Of a stretch of DNA of 64,000 nucleotides, positions 13,880 to 31,344 are shown one piece after another. Under the pieces are notes generated by a model. That model ran no database searches, had not been told where the DNA came from, and saw only the letters and a list, made by a program, of their open reading frames with translations. The first letter of the stretch is position 1, and each line of letters starts with the position of its first letter. Location: assembly GCF_009914755.1 (NCBI RefSeq), contig NC_060936.1; one strand, 5' to 3'. Both the position numbers and the translations under genes were made by a program. Source of the DNA: the human T2T-CHM13v2.0 reference genome, Homo sapiens.

Positions 13880-14040
13880 AGCATATTATCCCTATTTTAC
13901 AGATGAAGAAACTGATGCTGAAGAAAATTAATAACCTGTCCAAGGTCACTTACCTATAAAGCAATTCTTCAAAGACTAGAACCCAAGGCTCTCTCACTCA
14001 CAAGCCTATTCTCTGAATCGCAATGTCATACTGCCTCCTG
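13880..14040 (-). mobile_element. MIR
   Basis: TATTATCCCTATTTTACAGATGAAGAAACTGA..AACCTGTCCAAGGTCAC. Confidence 0.75.
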
Positions 14041-14426
14041 GTGTTCTCTCCACAAAGGATAAGTATGTGTTTAAGTCAAATATTATACACCTAAAAGAGC
14101 ATGTCCTTATTACTTTTAATAACTAAGAATAGAATTTTAATTATAAAATACTTTCACGCATATAAAAACTTCACAGCAATTAAAAAACAATGATCCACAT
14201 GATGAAGTATGAGGATTTGCTAATTACATAATTAATTGTATTGATTTAAAAATCCAAATCACTTAACTATTTAGATCTCACAGTTTGGCAGTTTCTATTG
14301 ACCAAAATAGTTGGAAGACTGCCAAATTCTCACTCCCTTTTGAAACCCAGCAAGAGATTTTGAGGGTTGCTTTTCAGTTTGTTTGACTGAAAAACAAATT
14401 CAGTAAAAATACTGGTCATTTCAATA

Positions 14427-16781
<2,355 letters not shown>

Positions 16782-19700
16782 AAAATGTTATTATGATAAT
16801 ATCTCTTAGAGGACTATGTTAGCATATTTTAATAGTGATTAATAGAGATACAAAATATACTTAGTTAGATGTCTCTTTCCTGGAAGAATGAAGTCTTTAA
16901 ATGACCTAGGTAGAATAACTGCCAAAGCAGGCTGGGTTACCATGTCTATTGAACCTTCACATTTCAGGATTGCACAGGATAGGAAAGACATTCATGCCCA
17001 GCCTACCTTTATGTACTTACGTTGCCTGTCGACATTCACGCCTGTTGGTTATCTGGCATATAAGTGAAAAGCTCCGGTGATGAGACACCCACTTCTCAAA
17101 ACAGTCCATTTACTCTTCAGAAAACTTGTTTAAAAATTCTTCCTCATCTGGAGCTGAAGTCTCTTTTCTGTGGCTAAAACTCATTGATCCCAATGGTCCT
17201 ATTTGAGGCATATAGAACAAGTCTGGTTCCTCTTCAGTGGAACTAGCCCACTGGACATTATTATGCATCTGTTAAGATGTCTCTTTATTAACAATTAAAA
17301 GCAGAATAACAGTTATGTTTCATTCAAGTTTTGCCTCCTGATGGTCAATGTAAGTGAGGCTCTCTTTCTGATTCTATACCTCTGCAGAAATGAGGAATTG
17401 CAATCATAATGTTCTCTAGGCATTCCAAGGCTATATACTCCAGCTATTTCCTCATCAGCTCCCTCTCCATCTTCTTGATCCACTCGGTTCTTACAAGCTG
17501 TCAAAATAAGAACTAGTTGTAACTTCACTGAGCATCTTCCCAATTTGTTTTCCTCCAGAGATGATGACTCACAATAAATTCAATGGTCGCTATGTGTATT
17601 TTTCTAGGCAGTTATGATTTAAAATTATTTTTTTAAACTGGATTAAATTTAAAACAGATTAAATTGGCTCAAATAAGTGAAGTTCAGGGAAAATATTTCT
17701 TCAAGCCTGATTCCAAACACAGCTGCTAGCAATAAAGTTGGGGGAACTGTAAGGTATTCAAGGTATTCTTGCCTCTGTGCTGGCCACCTTCTTGGCAGGA
17801 ACTCCCCCTTACGTTTTACCAGCATAGCAAGAGAGCACTCATTTTCCATTTCAGTTCTTCTAGCAAACTTCACAGATTGACATTGACTCCCTGGCTTGCT
17901 CACGTCTGCTTTAAACCTCAAAACTGAGTCTTTGCGTTATTCCATTCCTTTTGGCCAGGCCTAAATCATGTGCCCATTCTAGGAGGCAGCATCAGTCTCA
18001 ACCAAACTACATGGACTAAAAGTAATAATACTGAGTTATATTATATCAGTAAACGGAAGGCTGGGCAGGTGAAAATACTGATAACCACTACATTACAGAA
18101 AAGCCATAGCAATAGGTCTTGTATCTCCCTATCATGTTCAGTGATTAGGCAGAAGCAAAACAAATTATACTTGGAACACATGAAAAATTCCATGGAAGTT
18201 ATACATAGTATGGAAGTGCTGATTTGTGACTTTAAGTTAAAAGAATACTAGTTTGAATTTGTTGGTAATTTGAATCTCTTTAATACACCAACATGTACCC
18301 TGTACCCAGCATGGTGTTCTGGCCGTAACAGATGCTCAGAAAATATTTGCAAAATTGTTGCTGAAATTTTAAGCAAACATAATATATATGACACTATGAA
18401 AATTGATAATTTGTTTTCAATTGTGACCATTAGAATCAGGGCCAAACATAAATTCTAAAGGAATCCAAATATACATGAATGAAGTATAAGATATTGAAAA
18501 ATGCAGTTCATTGTGCAAAAAAATTTTACTTCGTTTTATTTATTTAAAAAAGATGAGAGAGATATAAGGAAGTTTGGGAAAAGAAAAAAGAACTGTTTGT
18601 GAAATAATAAAAAAAATGAGAGAAAGTAAAACTCCCTAACAGTGAATAATACATTTACTTATTAAAACTGAAAGCAAAGTAAACATTCTGTTTACTTTGA
18701 TTTAACACCTTCCCCCCTTTTATCTCAAACTAGAAGATGAAAATAGGCAGATTCATTGTAACTCTCGAAGCAGTTGGTTTCGCTTCTTGATCACAGCATA
18801 GATTTTTAATGGGTTCATAAGCCAGGGAATTTGTTGATCCAATAAAAACAATTTCCACAGGTTTTAAAAATTAGTTTAATGATAGCTTTCCCACCAACAT
18901 TAAGGTTTATGCAGTTCATTTGCAAGAGGAAACTAAAACATTGTGGTTAAGAAAATAGTAAGACATAAAATGAGAAAATCATCAATAATCATTTGCAAAT
19001 GTGTAATTTTAACCATGCAAATTATATTCTATTGATGGATAACAAGAAAAACAATTAAACTAATAAAAAGAATTTTAAATTGTAGGTCTTATATAAGAAC
19101 CAAAGGAGGGACTGATGAAGAGATGATGGAGGGTGGTTAGGGTCTGTCTCTTGGAGGAGGTAATATTTTAATGAAAACAAAAATGATAAGATGGAGACTT
19201 CCATACAAAGAATAGGAGAAAAAGTATTCTAGGCAGAGGGAACAGCTCATGCAAAGGCTCTAAGGCCAAGAGACATTTGCAAATTTAATGAATTACAAAA
19301 AAAGTCCCAGCATGACAGGTGTTTAATGGGAAGGGTTTAACGTGCCAAATCGATAAAACTCATATACTACGGAACATTATAGACTATAGAAAAGAGTTTA
19401 ATTTTAAATACAATAAGATACAGCAGAGTGTTTAAAGTATTAGAATGATATGTAATTTACATATATAAATAGTAAAATGAAATTATCAAATATATGTACT
19501 ATGAGAACCCAATATACCCACTATTAAAAAGCTATCTTAGTTCTCCCCAATCCTTTGCTAAAGATAAAATACTTTAACCACTGTAAAAATGTGTTAGATG
19601 CCCCCAAGTACAGGAGAAATAAGAGCTATTTCTGGAATAGCAAATAGAATAATCTCAGACTTGTTAAAGAAAATATAGAGATGTTTCTTAAAAGGGGTTT

Positions 19701-19914
19701 AGAGAAGGCCAAATAGATTCTTAAAAGATGTCTAGGGAAAAAAACAACATTACAAACTCAAAAACAAAACACTTTTTGAACAATTATTATGGGCAAGATT
19801 ATATTAAAAGCACTTGTATATGTAAACATATCATTGTCATGATAATTTACTATGGCCATAGATGCTTTACATAGTTAAACTCATTTAACCCTCATAATAA
19901 TGTGGTACTTACCA

Positions 19915-20915
19915 TGGCATTGCAGTAAAGAAAGAGTTTAATTGATGCAAGGCTGGCTATACCACACAAAGTTTGTATTAGTCCACTCTCACACTGCTGT
20001 AAAGAACTACCTGAGACTGAGTAATTTATAAAGAAAAGAGACTTAATTGACTCACAGTTCCACAAGTTCTACAGGAAGCATGTCTGGGGAGACCTCAGGA
20101 AACTTACAATCGTGGCAGAAGGTGATGAGGAAGGTGGCATGTCCTACGTGGCTGGAGCAGGAGGCCGAGAGAGAAGGGGGAGGTTCTATACACTTTTAAA
20201 CAACCAGATCCAGTGAGAACTCACTCACATCATGAGAACAGCCAGGGGGAAATCTGCCCTCATGATCCAATCACCTCCCACCAGGCCCCTCCTCCAACAC
20301 TGGGGATAACAATTCGACCTGAGATTTGGGTGGGGACACAGATCGAAACCATATCAGAGTTATTACTCAAATCAATCTTCCCTCAGACTGGTAGGTTAGG
20401 AGTTTTTCAAAGGCAGTTTGGGAGAAGGGATGGCCATGTAGTGGGTATTTGCTGCTGACTGGTTGGGGAAGAGATGAAATCATAGGGAGCTGGAGCTCTC
20501 CTCTTGCACTGTCAGTTCCCAAGTGAGGACCACAAGACCAGATGACCCAGTTTATTGATCTGGGTTGTGTCAGCTGGTGCATTGGAACACAGGATCTGCA
20601 AAATATCTCAAGCACTAATCTCATGTTTTATAAGAGTAAGTCCTAAGCCATAATTTCTAATTTTGTGGCTAATTTATTAGTAGGGAAAAACAGTCTAGTA
20701 CCCAGGCAAGATGGGGGTCTGTTTTGGAAAGGGGCTGTTATCATCTTTGTTGGAAGGTTAAACTATAAACTAAGTTCCTCCCAAAGTTAGATTGGCCTAT
20801 GTCAAATAATGAGCAGGGACAGTTTGGAGGTTAGAAGCAAGAAGGAGTCAATTAGATCAGCTCTCTTTCACTGTCACAATTTCTTCAGTTATAATTTTTT
20901 GCGAAGGCAGTTTCA
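19915..20915 (-). mobile_element. LTR8/LTR8A (ERV1) solo LTR, split by MSTA
   Basis: Reverse complement begins TGAAACTGCCTTCGCAAAAAATTATAACTGA..GACAGTGAAAGAGAGCTGATCTAATTGACTCC..CTTGCTTCTAACCTCCAAACTGTCC. Confidence 0.85.
19974..20356 (-). mobile_element. MSTA solo LTR (MaLR)
   Basis: TGTATTAGTCC..GAACTACCTGAGACTG..GGAAACTTACAATCGTGGCAGAAGG..AAACCATATCA; TSD AAGTT/GAGTT. Confidence 0.9.
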
Positions 20916-21302
20916 GTCATAGAAACCTAGAAAGAGTAAGAACCTTGCCCAAGGTCACAGAGCAAGAAGGATTTAGAGCTGAGATATTTAGAGGTCCAGG
21001 CAATTAGACTGCAGAGTCAAAACCCCAAAGCATGTTCTAATGCACATAAGTAATGATGACCTTGCTTAGGGCACTTCAATACGTCAATGTTTTGCCCTTT
21101 GCTTGTGTGTCAAGCAACCTCATATGTCATTTTACTCCCATAAGCATGTACAGTGATATAGAAAGATACTATGCAGGGAACTCGAGAAATCTTTAGGAAA
21201 CATTGGATCTCCTCCGCTTACCTCGGTGCACCTCTTACTAAGGAAACCTGTTTGTAGATCACTCGTAATAGATCATGTCCTGATATGTATCATTCTGAGA
21301 CC

Positions 21303-21642
21303 TGACAAGACTTCCTCCATGACCAAACTTCAGTCAGGCTCTTTTGAGCCCTCTTCTGGACATGGCCTCAATGTTCAACTACCTAGCCCAGCATTAGCAC
21401 GAATCCTGTTAAGCCAGTTTAGCAAGAATCTCCCTAACCTTAACATCTAATCAAGTTCATGTTTGAAATTTCATCTACTGATCCCCTTACTCTGCTTACC
21501 GGTTATAAATTACCAGCTGTCCTTGCTATGTTTGGAGTTGAGTTCATTTCTATACTGAAGACTCTCTCTGTAACTGCAGGATTCAAATAATATCTGTCTT
21601 GTCATTTTTAATAAGTGTCCAGTGCAAACATTTTCTTTTACA
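21303..21642 (+). mobile_element. MER31-like (ERV1) solo LTR
   Basis: TGACAAGACT..TGACCAAACTTCAGTCAGGCTC..GAGCCCTCTTCT; ends TTTTCTTTTACA; flanks GACC/GGCC. Confidence 0.7.
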
Positions 21643-24600
21643 GGCCCTAACTTGCAGAAAGTTTTCACTCACACCTATCCTAAAGAAAAGATAAAGTGAT
21701 CATGTCAAAGCAACAATGCTACGTTGTGGCACTACATCAAATATATCACGAACCATCAGAGAAGAGAAGACTATTTTATGCAACTTTCTACGTTGTATAT
21801 TTAGCCATTATATTAACTCATATATTTCACTATCACTATTGCTATTTTATATGTAGATAAATTATTTAATGTTGGAGGAGACTTAAAAATCCACATTTTA
21901 ATATGTCCAATTAAGCTTAAATACTTTTAATTGCATAAACATCTTCAGAATGATTATTTTATATAATAGAAAGATGAGGGGGCTTATAATAGGTAAACTT
22001 AATTTAAAAATTAAATGTAAGTATTAAGAAGCTCTAATAAGAAATGTCAACATGACCTTTATTCTTCTCCACAGCATCACTCGAAAAAGCATTCTCTTTG
22101 AATAGTATACATCTGCTCGAACTTTCTCATTTCTTTTGTTATTCTTGATGTTTAAAACTCATTTTATTCTAATTTTTAAAAGTTATTAAAATACTAAGTT
22201 ATAGCAAATATTCAAACTATTATGAAATATGTAAAACAGAAATGGAATATTGTTCTTAATTGTATCTCATGAAACTATTTTAATCTATATTTATACACAT
22301 CCATATATATTTCAAATATGCATTTATGCCAAGAATGTTCTTCTACAGTTTCTTTTTTATTTAACAATATATCAAGATATGCTGGACATCTTTCCAAGGC
22401 ATACAGATCCACCATGTTCAGATTCAAAGCATCAAAATCTACTTTTAAAGTAGCAGGCATTCTTAAAGTAATATGACTATGATGTACACTGAGTCTTACG
22501 ATTTCACTGCATTTCTATTAATCTTTCTGTTAATGACAAAGTTATCATGGATCAGGGAGTGGGGGGATACAAATATAATACCTGACAATTGAGGAACAAA
22601 AGAAAATCTCCAGCTTGTGTCACTCACCACTGCACAAGTCTAAGGGTGAAATGACAGCCTGAATTTAAAGGAACTCCTTAAGGAAATACTCCACCATCAC
22701 CTATCCGCATTTTATAGCTAGCAAAAAATACATTGCTAATAACGAAGTAGTCATATTGAAAGCTAGTTTGGGGGAAGACAATTGTTAAAGAAAAAGCCTG
22801 TCATCCCAGTGATGTCAGGGTTCTGAGGGTTATGGAAATAGACTCTATCAGGACAAAGGCTCAGGAAATGAAGTGTAACAGGTCAAGTACTGTATCAATT
22901 TGGGGCGGCCACTGGGCAGAAGAGCTCCTGGCATGGGTCAGTGCCCTAGCAGAAATAAAGGAGAATATAAATAGATCCAATTAAAGGCAATCCCCTTTTG
23001 TAGGTCACTTTGGCCTTAAAATAAGACAGGCAGGCAGATCTGCCTATCTTATGGCTAAGGTCGGGGGAAGAAAAATAATAGTAACAACACCACAAAAAAA
23101 CAACTCTTAGCCTTCTCTGGCTGGCAGTGGAATGAGTAACTAGGGTGAAAAGAATACTGTAAAGTTCCATAATCACAAGTAAGAGATTATGTAGGGAAAC
23201 TGTGTCAAAACTTGGCAGCTGCAATTCAATTTTTGTTATGGAAATGTGAAGAAAGTTAACTATCCTAATCCATCATGGCTAAGCTTCCAGAAGCCTCAAG
23301 AACCACAGAGTTAAAAGGATGTTTAGACAATTTAAGGAAAAGATCATCTGAGGCAAACTTTGTTTTGTAATCTAAATTAGCTAGGTTGTCAGGATACATT
23401 AAATTAATTCACAAAATGGATCCAAATTTCAAATATTTATTTACTGAACACTCTATGTTTAAAACACAGTGCTAAGTTTATTCACTAATTTTTTTCTAAT
23501 CTAATTGAAGCAACAGTTATCCAAAGGGGGTGTTATGGAGACCATTGTTCAGAGGATAGAGGTGACTTGCCAGAAATCATTGTTAGCAAACAGAGGAGCC
23601 CTATTTGAACCCAATTCTCCATACACCACAGCTATATAATTACTAAATGTTCTACTTCTCTTAACAGAAGTTGGTTCTGTGACATGTGATATTTGGTCAT
23701 ACACAGTGACCCATGTCACTTTTCTTGCAGTAGAGTCAACTGGTGAAAAGCCCACAGGGTTGCCTATGGGTTAGCCACAGAACTGCCATTAGCTGTGTAA
23801 TTCTAGGCAGGTCAACTCACCTGGTTTTTATTTCCTGAGAAATAAGTGGATGGTAAAAATCATTTAAGGTGTTTTCTAACCCCAAATTTTAATGGTTATT
23901 ACTATCAATTATGTGAGTTTCAATCCAGATTTAAATGCATTTTGAAAACCCACTGAATACAAAAGGTACTGTGCTAAACATTTTTCCAAAAATTAGACAT
24001 TTTATCCTCCCAACAATCCAATGGAGTACATAGTATTCTTTCTATTTTACATATTTTTAAAATCCAGAATCTCAGAGAATGTAGAAAAATATGCTCTCGT
24101 TGATTATAAATGACAAAGCCATAATATATCTAGGTATTCTGGCAACAAGTTCAGTGCTTCTATCACTACCAGCCAGCTGTCTCTTAGTCATGGTGGATGA
24201 ATTTAATTTATATCTGCTCCATTACCTCACAATTCTATCTCAGGACCATTGTAGAGGTAGGGATTTTAGGGAAAACGATGTAGAAAAATTCAAAATCAAG
24301 CTTTTTAAAAAAAGTTGCAGTAAACTAAAATACTTGACAGTAATTGTAAGTTACTCACAACTTTAATCAGCCCAAGACATTCACAGTGAGAAAGTCTGTT
24401 ACAGCATTTGTATTCCTAAAACCAAAACAATAAATATAATCTGGCTAAGGGAACAGAGATGTGATGACAGCTTTGTGACCCTAAAATTTGATAGACTTTT
24501 TAAATGCAGCTTTTATATTTTACCCTTTATTCCATTTTAAAGATCTGTTCTTGCACTACTAAAAAGACACCACAGTTTTTGTGCCTGGGTTTCAAGACTA

Positions 24601-24884
24601 GAAAAAAATATACACAAAAGCATCCTGTATTAATGCCTTCTTTCTTTGAAGAAGCATCTGGATTTCTGCATTTTGGAGTTCTCTTTTTTTTGCTCTCCTG
24701 CAAGAGATTTAAGCTCTTTAAGCCACTGAAAATAACATTTCTTAAGAGATAAGTAAAAAATGAGATTCACAGATGTCATTCTAGTAAGCAGCATGGTACA
24801 TGTTCATAAAATAGTCAAAGACACCACACATACACACACACACTCTCACACACAAACTTTCCCTTTTAAAAACTACTCACTGTA

Positions 24885-25204
<320 letters not shown>

Positions 25205-25919
25205 CTACTCACTGTATAAAATTAACCATTACAACTACGGTAATTTTTTTAAAAATTGCAACAAAAGTGTTAAGAATATGTATTTGTAAGTATGCTCAAT
25301 TTTCTGGGGAATAGGTTTGGAGAACTGTGACCTCCAAATGTTGAAAATTGCTACTTAGATATAGTGCTAAAAAGTTAAACTCTACCGAAACTAGTTGAAT
25401 AATGATCTAGGATATGTATAAACTCTTGTTTTTGTTGGGTTTGATACTAATAGTGACTATTAAGTTATTTATGTGGAAATTCGTACTCAATGCTGTAAGA
25501 TAACATGTCGAATAACGTGTCATTCACCAATCACATTGAAAAATACAATATCTGGCACATGCAAAAATAGGCGTACCATCATCTAATCAATTCATCTTTT
25601 TTATTGTTGAAATTTGTGTACCATAGATGGAAAATTGTTCGCTGAATGAGATACTATGTAATTTATGCCACTTGTATAAAAAAGTAATAGTCTATGCAAA
25701 AACGATAATTTCTTGCCCTTTTATTGAGAATATAGCATAGTGATGAGGCTTTAAATAAATATTTATGCCTAAAGACTTAAAGTCATTTTTCTGAGCATCT
25801 TAGTTATATCTTGCTCTCTATATATTTCCTTCACATTTTATTGGTTTATTTAAAATGATCCTTCTTGTAACAGAATTTGTATTTATAACATTTCCTCAAA
25901 TGGTTCTATATCTCTTAGA

Positions 25920-27540
25920 TACTTTAAAAGATTGGTCTAGCTGCTGAATAAAAAATGAATTGGGATATGAGGCTGAGAGCAGTAAAAGCAGTCCAAAGAC
26001 CATAACATTTCAAGGTTTGGGCAGAAATAGAGCAAGTGGAGTAGATTTTAAATTTATTTGAATTGAATAGATCATGAACGCTTAATCATCTGGAGGTGTA
26101 GGTTGATAGAAACTTGTCAAGAGTAAGTCTAATATTCCAAAAGTCAAAAATTGGGTCATTAGTGATAGAATTCTGTTAAACAGAAGGATAAAAATAACAA
26201 TCTTGGAGATGGAAAGCAAGGGATGTCATTAGTTTTTTGGTTCATATTAAGTTGGAGATGCCTATAGGAAATGCTGGCAAAAATGGCAAATATCTGGCTA
26301 TAGGAGTGAGAAGTCAGAACATTTGTCTGACTTGAAGAAATCTGGGAGTCCTCACCACAGCAATTGCACTATAAGCTGTAGTGAACTGACCAAGCAAAAG
26401 ATTACAGAATAGGAATTTAAAAGGATCTTAGGCCAATTCTTCACAACTCTGTTACTGGGAAATTGGGAAGAGGAGCAGAAGTCACCAAGGGAGACAAAGA
26501 GAAAGAGCCAGAGGAATAGGAAGAACATTTGAAGGCAAGAAAGAGGCTATTCTGAAGAGGTGTGGCCAACAATATTATATTCTACTAAGTCTTGTAACAT
26601 AAATTTTAACAAATTCAATTTCTTTTAGTATTATGGCAGTCATTGTTAACCTTAGCAAGAGACCAGTGAAATGGAGGGAGCATGCAAAGAAGATGAAAAC
26701 GTCTGTGCAAAAACTCTACAAATCTTGGTTGTGGAAAAGGGCAGAGGAGGAAAGTGGTAACTCTATTAATCAGGATGATTTAAGCAAGCTGCCTCTACAG
26801 ACAAACCCAAGGGCTTTACACAGTTAATGTTTGTTTTGTTCATGCAGTGTTTAATGATGACCCTCCCCAACCCCATCCTGTGGTTCTGCCATCTGGAACA
26901 GGTGCCCTCTATGTTCACCAGGACAGGGAAAGGATTTATTGAAGACTGATGCACACTGTTAGTGTTACACATGACTTTCACCCACAGTCCAGTCCATGGA
27001 CCACAACCAGACTCGTGGTCCAGGGAAGTTAGGAATCTTAGGAGCACACTTGGAATATCTGATGCATATGTACTGCTTTTATCAGAAAAACTCAAGCAGG
27101 ATGTGGGGTCAAAAAATGTTTTTATTCGTTGGTTGTTGTATTTTATTTGTCTGTTTGTTTTTAAGATGGGAAAAACTAGAGCACATTTGCTATCTGATGG
27201 AAACATCAGACACAGAGTTGTAGAAGCATCAAAGAAAGAAATCTCAGAAGAGAAATTTCTTGAGAAGGCAAAGGGAATGGGATCCAAAACAGAGGAGGAA
27301 TGGCCACGGGTGTTTTCTCTGCTGAATTGCTGTCCTAAAAGGAAATAACGGATATGGGTTGAGGCATATTTATTAATTTGGTGATGGAAGATGAAGAAGT
27401 ACCCTTTTGATGATGTCTATTCCCTCATTGTAACGTGAATCAAGGTTATGAGCTGAAAGTTGAGAGGTGGTGCAGCGTGGTGTGAAAGCCCAGGAGATTG
27501 AAGAGCATGGTAAAGGCAGAAAATCATTTCCAGGAAGAAT
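25920..27540 (-). mobile_element. L2 fragments
   Basis: Purine-rich antisense L2 pattern: AAGTTGGAGATGCCTAT, AAGGGAGACAAAGAGAAAGAGCCAGAGG, GTTTTTAAGATGGGAAAAACTAGAGCACATTTG, AGGGAATGGGATCCA. Confidence 0.6.
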
Positions 27541-29494
27541 GGAAGTCTTTCACTTGGCAACCTATCTGTCTTATTTTCTAACACAATATTCAGTCCTCAA
27601 ATCATCCTAAAATATTTAACATAACTTAATATGCCATGTGTCTGCTCAAGTTCCATGAGTTTAATCTTGCTTTTTCCTCTGCCTAGTGTGCTAACCCCAG
27701 TCCCACCTTATTTACCCTGCAAACTTTTACTCATCCTTGAGCTCTTGCCTCAGGTAGGGGCTCTTGTATAAAGGCTTTTCTATTCCATCAGAAAGAGTTA
27801 GCTCCTTACCCTTTCTCCTGCAGTAATCCACATCTTCCTTATGGGGCTCCCATAAGGGATCTTCCTGAGGTCATGAAACCTGTCTCTTCACCTTTATTCT
27901 CAGACATAGCACAGAATATTGTACAAAATGAAGAGATGCTTATAATTGCTTTTGGACCAGCTATAGACATTTAGTAGAATATAAACTATACTAACCATTG
28001 TGAATAAAGCATACCACTCCAAAAATATGATAGAAATCTAAAATTTAATTAAATGTTTAAAATAGCATTCAAAATAGCAAAACAGGATAGAAATCAGCCC
28101 ATATTTACTAAGGAAGGAGGGGTGTCTTCTGGCACACAAACAGTTCCAAGCCTGAAACACTGTAAATAACTAATTAAATTTTTTTCTGTTGTAATAAAAA
28201 TAAAATGCCTTAAGCAGTCTAACCTGCTTTTCCCAACTCATTTAGCTCCTTCCTCACTGTGCAAATGCCCTTTACAAAACAGACATCAGCTTTGCAGAAG
28301 ATATTTTTGAACAATTGAAATATGAAGAAAAAACTTTGTTAAGGCATGCCATCTGTTTTGGTTTTTTTGGAGCCCAGTGATTTTATCTTTCCTGAGATTC
28401 AAACCACCTCACCCTTTGTAGCAATTCATTAAAACTTCACTGCTGAAGGAAGGTGAACAGGGGAATCACAACCATAGGATATGAAAAATAGCTGCTTCTG
28501 CTCTATTTTCTATACTCAAACCTCCCAAGTAATAGAGAGTGTTTCTACCACTTTGAAAAATTCTCCTTGGCTCTATAGTGTCTATGGGCAGGAAAATTTG
28601 GAACTAAGTTCCAGTTTAGCAACTACTCAATTCCTAACCAATCTACATTGATACAATTATGTCTTCTGTACCATTGCACAACTACAACTAAAATTACTAC
28701 TAGTTGGATAGTAAAGTATTTCAATATTTCTCAAAATCAAATTGAAATCCAGCGTTCCAAAGTTGCCACCACTGCATGCACATTTGCACATTATTAGGAA
28801 GCAATATATAATTTCTGGAGCAGTTGTGTGAAGCTCTCAAATGTTTTTGGCTAAAGGCAAAATTTTAGAACACAGTCTTTTATCCCTAATTAAATTACAA
28901 AATTAAATGTCACCTCAAAATCTGATGAAGCCCCCTTTCCATGGAAACTCTGAAATAAAACTAGGGTACAACACAAAAAGCACTGGTCACAAATGTGAGA
29001 GCCTCCGACTTCAGTTCACCATTCTGCCACTAACTAGCTGTGCAACATAGAGTGTCTTTGAGTCTCAGTTTCCTCACAGGTGAAATTAAGGTATGGGACC
29101 TCTTGATTTCTAAGATCAATTTCAGCCCTATATTTTGAAGAAATCAAAAGGCTACCTGAATAGCATTTATGTCTCATTGTGAAACCTGCATACCTTACTA
29201 TTACCCAGTGCTGTGAAACCCAGTAGATCTTCAAGAAATGTTGAATAAGAAAATGAATGCCTAAAGGTAAACAGGTATATGACTTTTGTATGAGTCAATG
29301 AATCAGAAGAAAATAGAAGGGAGATGCCAGTATAATGAGTGGCTAGGAAGATGAAAAATAAGTAAGACAAATTAAATATTATTTGCTTCCATTTGGTACG
29401 CTTACCCACTGCTGACTCATTCACCTACTACTTATACCTCTTTCAAGTACTGTTTGGTCCTAAATCAGCAGTGAAAGGAATTATTAGCCATTAA

Positions 29495-29945
29495 GATTTC
29501 TGTTCTAGTTAGCATTCAGCTCAGCTAATGGCATCAGAAAATTCAAAACAATCGTGGCTTAACTGAGTAAAAAGATTCGCTCTCATTCCATGGAAATGAG
29601 GCAGTTCAGAGCTAGTGGTGTAGATCCATGACAATCAGAAACACAGGCTCCCTCTGTCCTTTGCCTTCTCGTTCTTAAAAGGAAGAATCTACCCTGGAGC
29701 CAAAATGACTGATCCAGCTCTAGCATTTCTGCATGCGAAGACTTGTCTGTTTTTGAGGACACGTTGCAGAATTTGCACATATCATGTTCTCTTGCATCAA
29801 AGAGCATAGTCACAAGGCCAGATAAAGATAGAAAGGAGGCTGAAAAGTTTATTCTTTCTAAGAGAAACTGTTATTACCAGCAAATATTTAGGAAATGGCC
29901 ATTACTTTGGCAAAGCGTAGAATGGATATTGAGAGATGCTACCTT
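29495..29945 (-). mobile_element. Old MLT1 (MLT1J/K-like) LTR
   Basis: CAAAACAATCGTGGCTTAAC, GGCAGTTCAGAGCTAGTG, CCAAAATGACTGATCCAGCTCTAGCAT, TAGTCACAAGGCCA, GAATGGATATTGAG. Confidence 0.55.
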
Positions 29946-31344
29946 CCATTGGACTTCTAGCCTGTGTACATAATCTTGTTCTGGGCTATGAAGTGGGTTT
30001 TAGGAATACCTACCTACCCTTTTCTGTATCCCTCTCATTCTTGTAATAATTATGTGTTTCCTCCCAGGCTTTCCTAACCTGGAGGAAATTAGCTAAATAA
30101 ATTATTCAATTTTAATATCAGTGTGATACCTCACCAAAGAATGTCTGCATTTTCAGAGGAAATCTCATTGAGAGGTCAAAATTTAAGCCTAGAAATGAAA
30201 TAAATGTTTCATTAAATAAAGTATCATTAAATACATACCTCAATGAAAAGAAGAGTTTTAGGAGACACTCCTCCTGAGCAGCTCAAATGATGTTACTAAG
30301 CATCACCTATTTCATCCAAAAATAGGAGCAGCCTTGGTGAGTGATTCTTGTATTTGCTCCAATAGTTATTTGCTCTATTATTCCACTGTGCCATGGTTTT
30401 CTTCTTTTTATCTTATTAAATATTACTAAACTATATAGTGTGTAGCAGGGTTCTATTTTTATTTTAATACTACAATTAAATTTGATCTTCTAAGTCTAAA
30501 AGGAGATTATAAGTTTAACATCATTGAAAACTTCAGGTTACAAGTTCACCAAAAATACAACTATCTTTCAAACTTTTAGTAGACACTAATTTAGAAACAC
30601 TAATATGTTCACATGTCATTAATAATATTAAGCTTTAAATTAATAATAACTACACTAATTAAAAGTGACAATAATGACCTAAATGGCACCTATTACTATA
30701 AGACATTCCAATTTACTGAAGAAATTCAGTCCTTAATATGCCACGCTCTGTCCAGCCATTAAAGCACAGGGATTACTTTTCATTCCATATTGTGTGTTAC
30801 TTACCATTTTGTCAATTCACTTTATAGCTACTACGGTCTACTGGGTGAATTCCAGACTTTAAATTAAATAGCCAAAGAGTATGACAGTGCTCAATGTCTA
30901 TAAAATTCTGCATTTAAAACAATGTAGACTGCTTGAAAATTGTGCTAAAGCATCTGGTAGATGTTATTTCATTTAAACATGGTACATTTTTATCCTAAAC
31001 TGAAAAGCTGGAAAAATTGTAGAATTCATTTAAAGATATCACAGTTATGCTCAGGAGCTGGAAATAACTGAGACACGGTTCCATGACCACCTAGCCCACC
31101 AGTATGCAGGTTCCTCAGAAACCATTTGTTCAAGGTTCCCAAAGCTACTCAATTTAGATTTGGTCAGAGAGAAAGAATAGTACATAAAATGAGGAAAAGG
31201 ATCAGAGAGGGGTATATTGAGTTTTTCAAATTTATTTCTTATGATGAAGTGAAGGAATGAGAGTAAAGGGAAGAATATGTGTAGGTGTGATGTTGATTAG
31301 GGTGGTTCAAATTTTCGTCTGCATAAAAAATATCTGAGAAGTTC

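Noticed and set aside
26993-27023. Hairpin TGGACCAC..GTGGTCCA
   Set aside because: An 8-bp stem is expected by chance or from a DNA-transposon relic; no ncRNA context
26766-27348. Overlapping 173-aa and 128-aa ORFs as a gene
   Set aside because: They lie largely over L2-derived sequence, with no recognisable domain or exon structure
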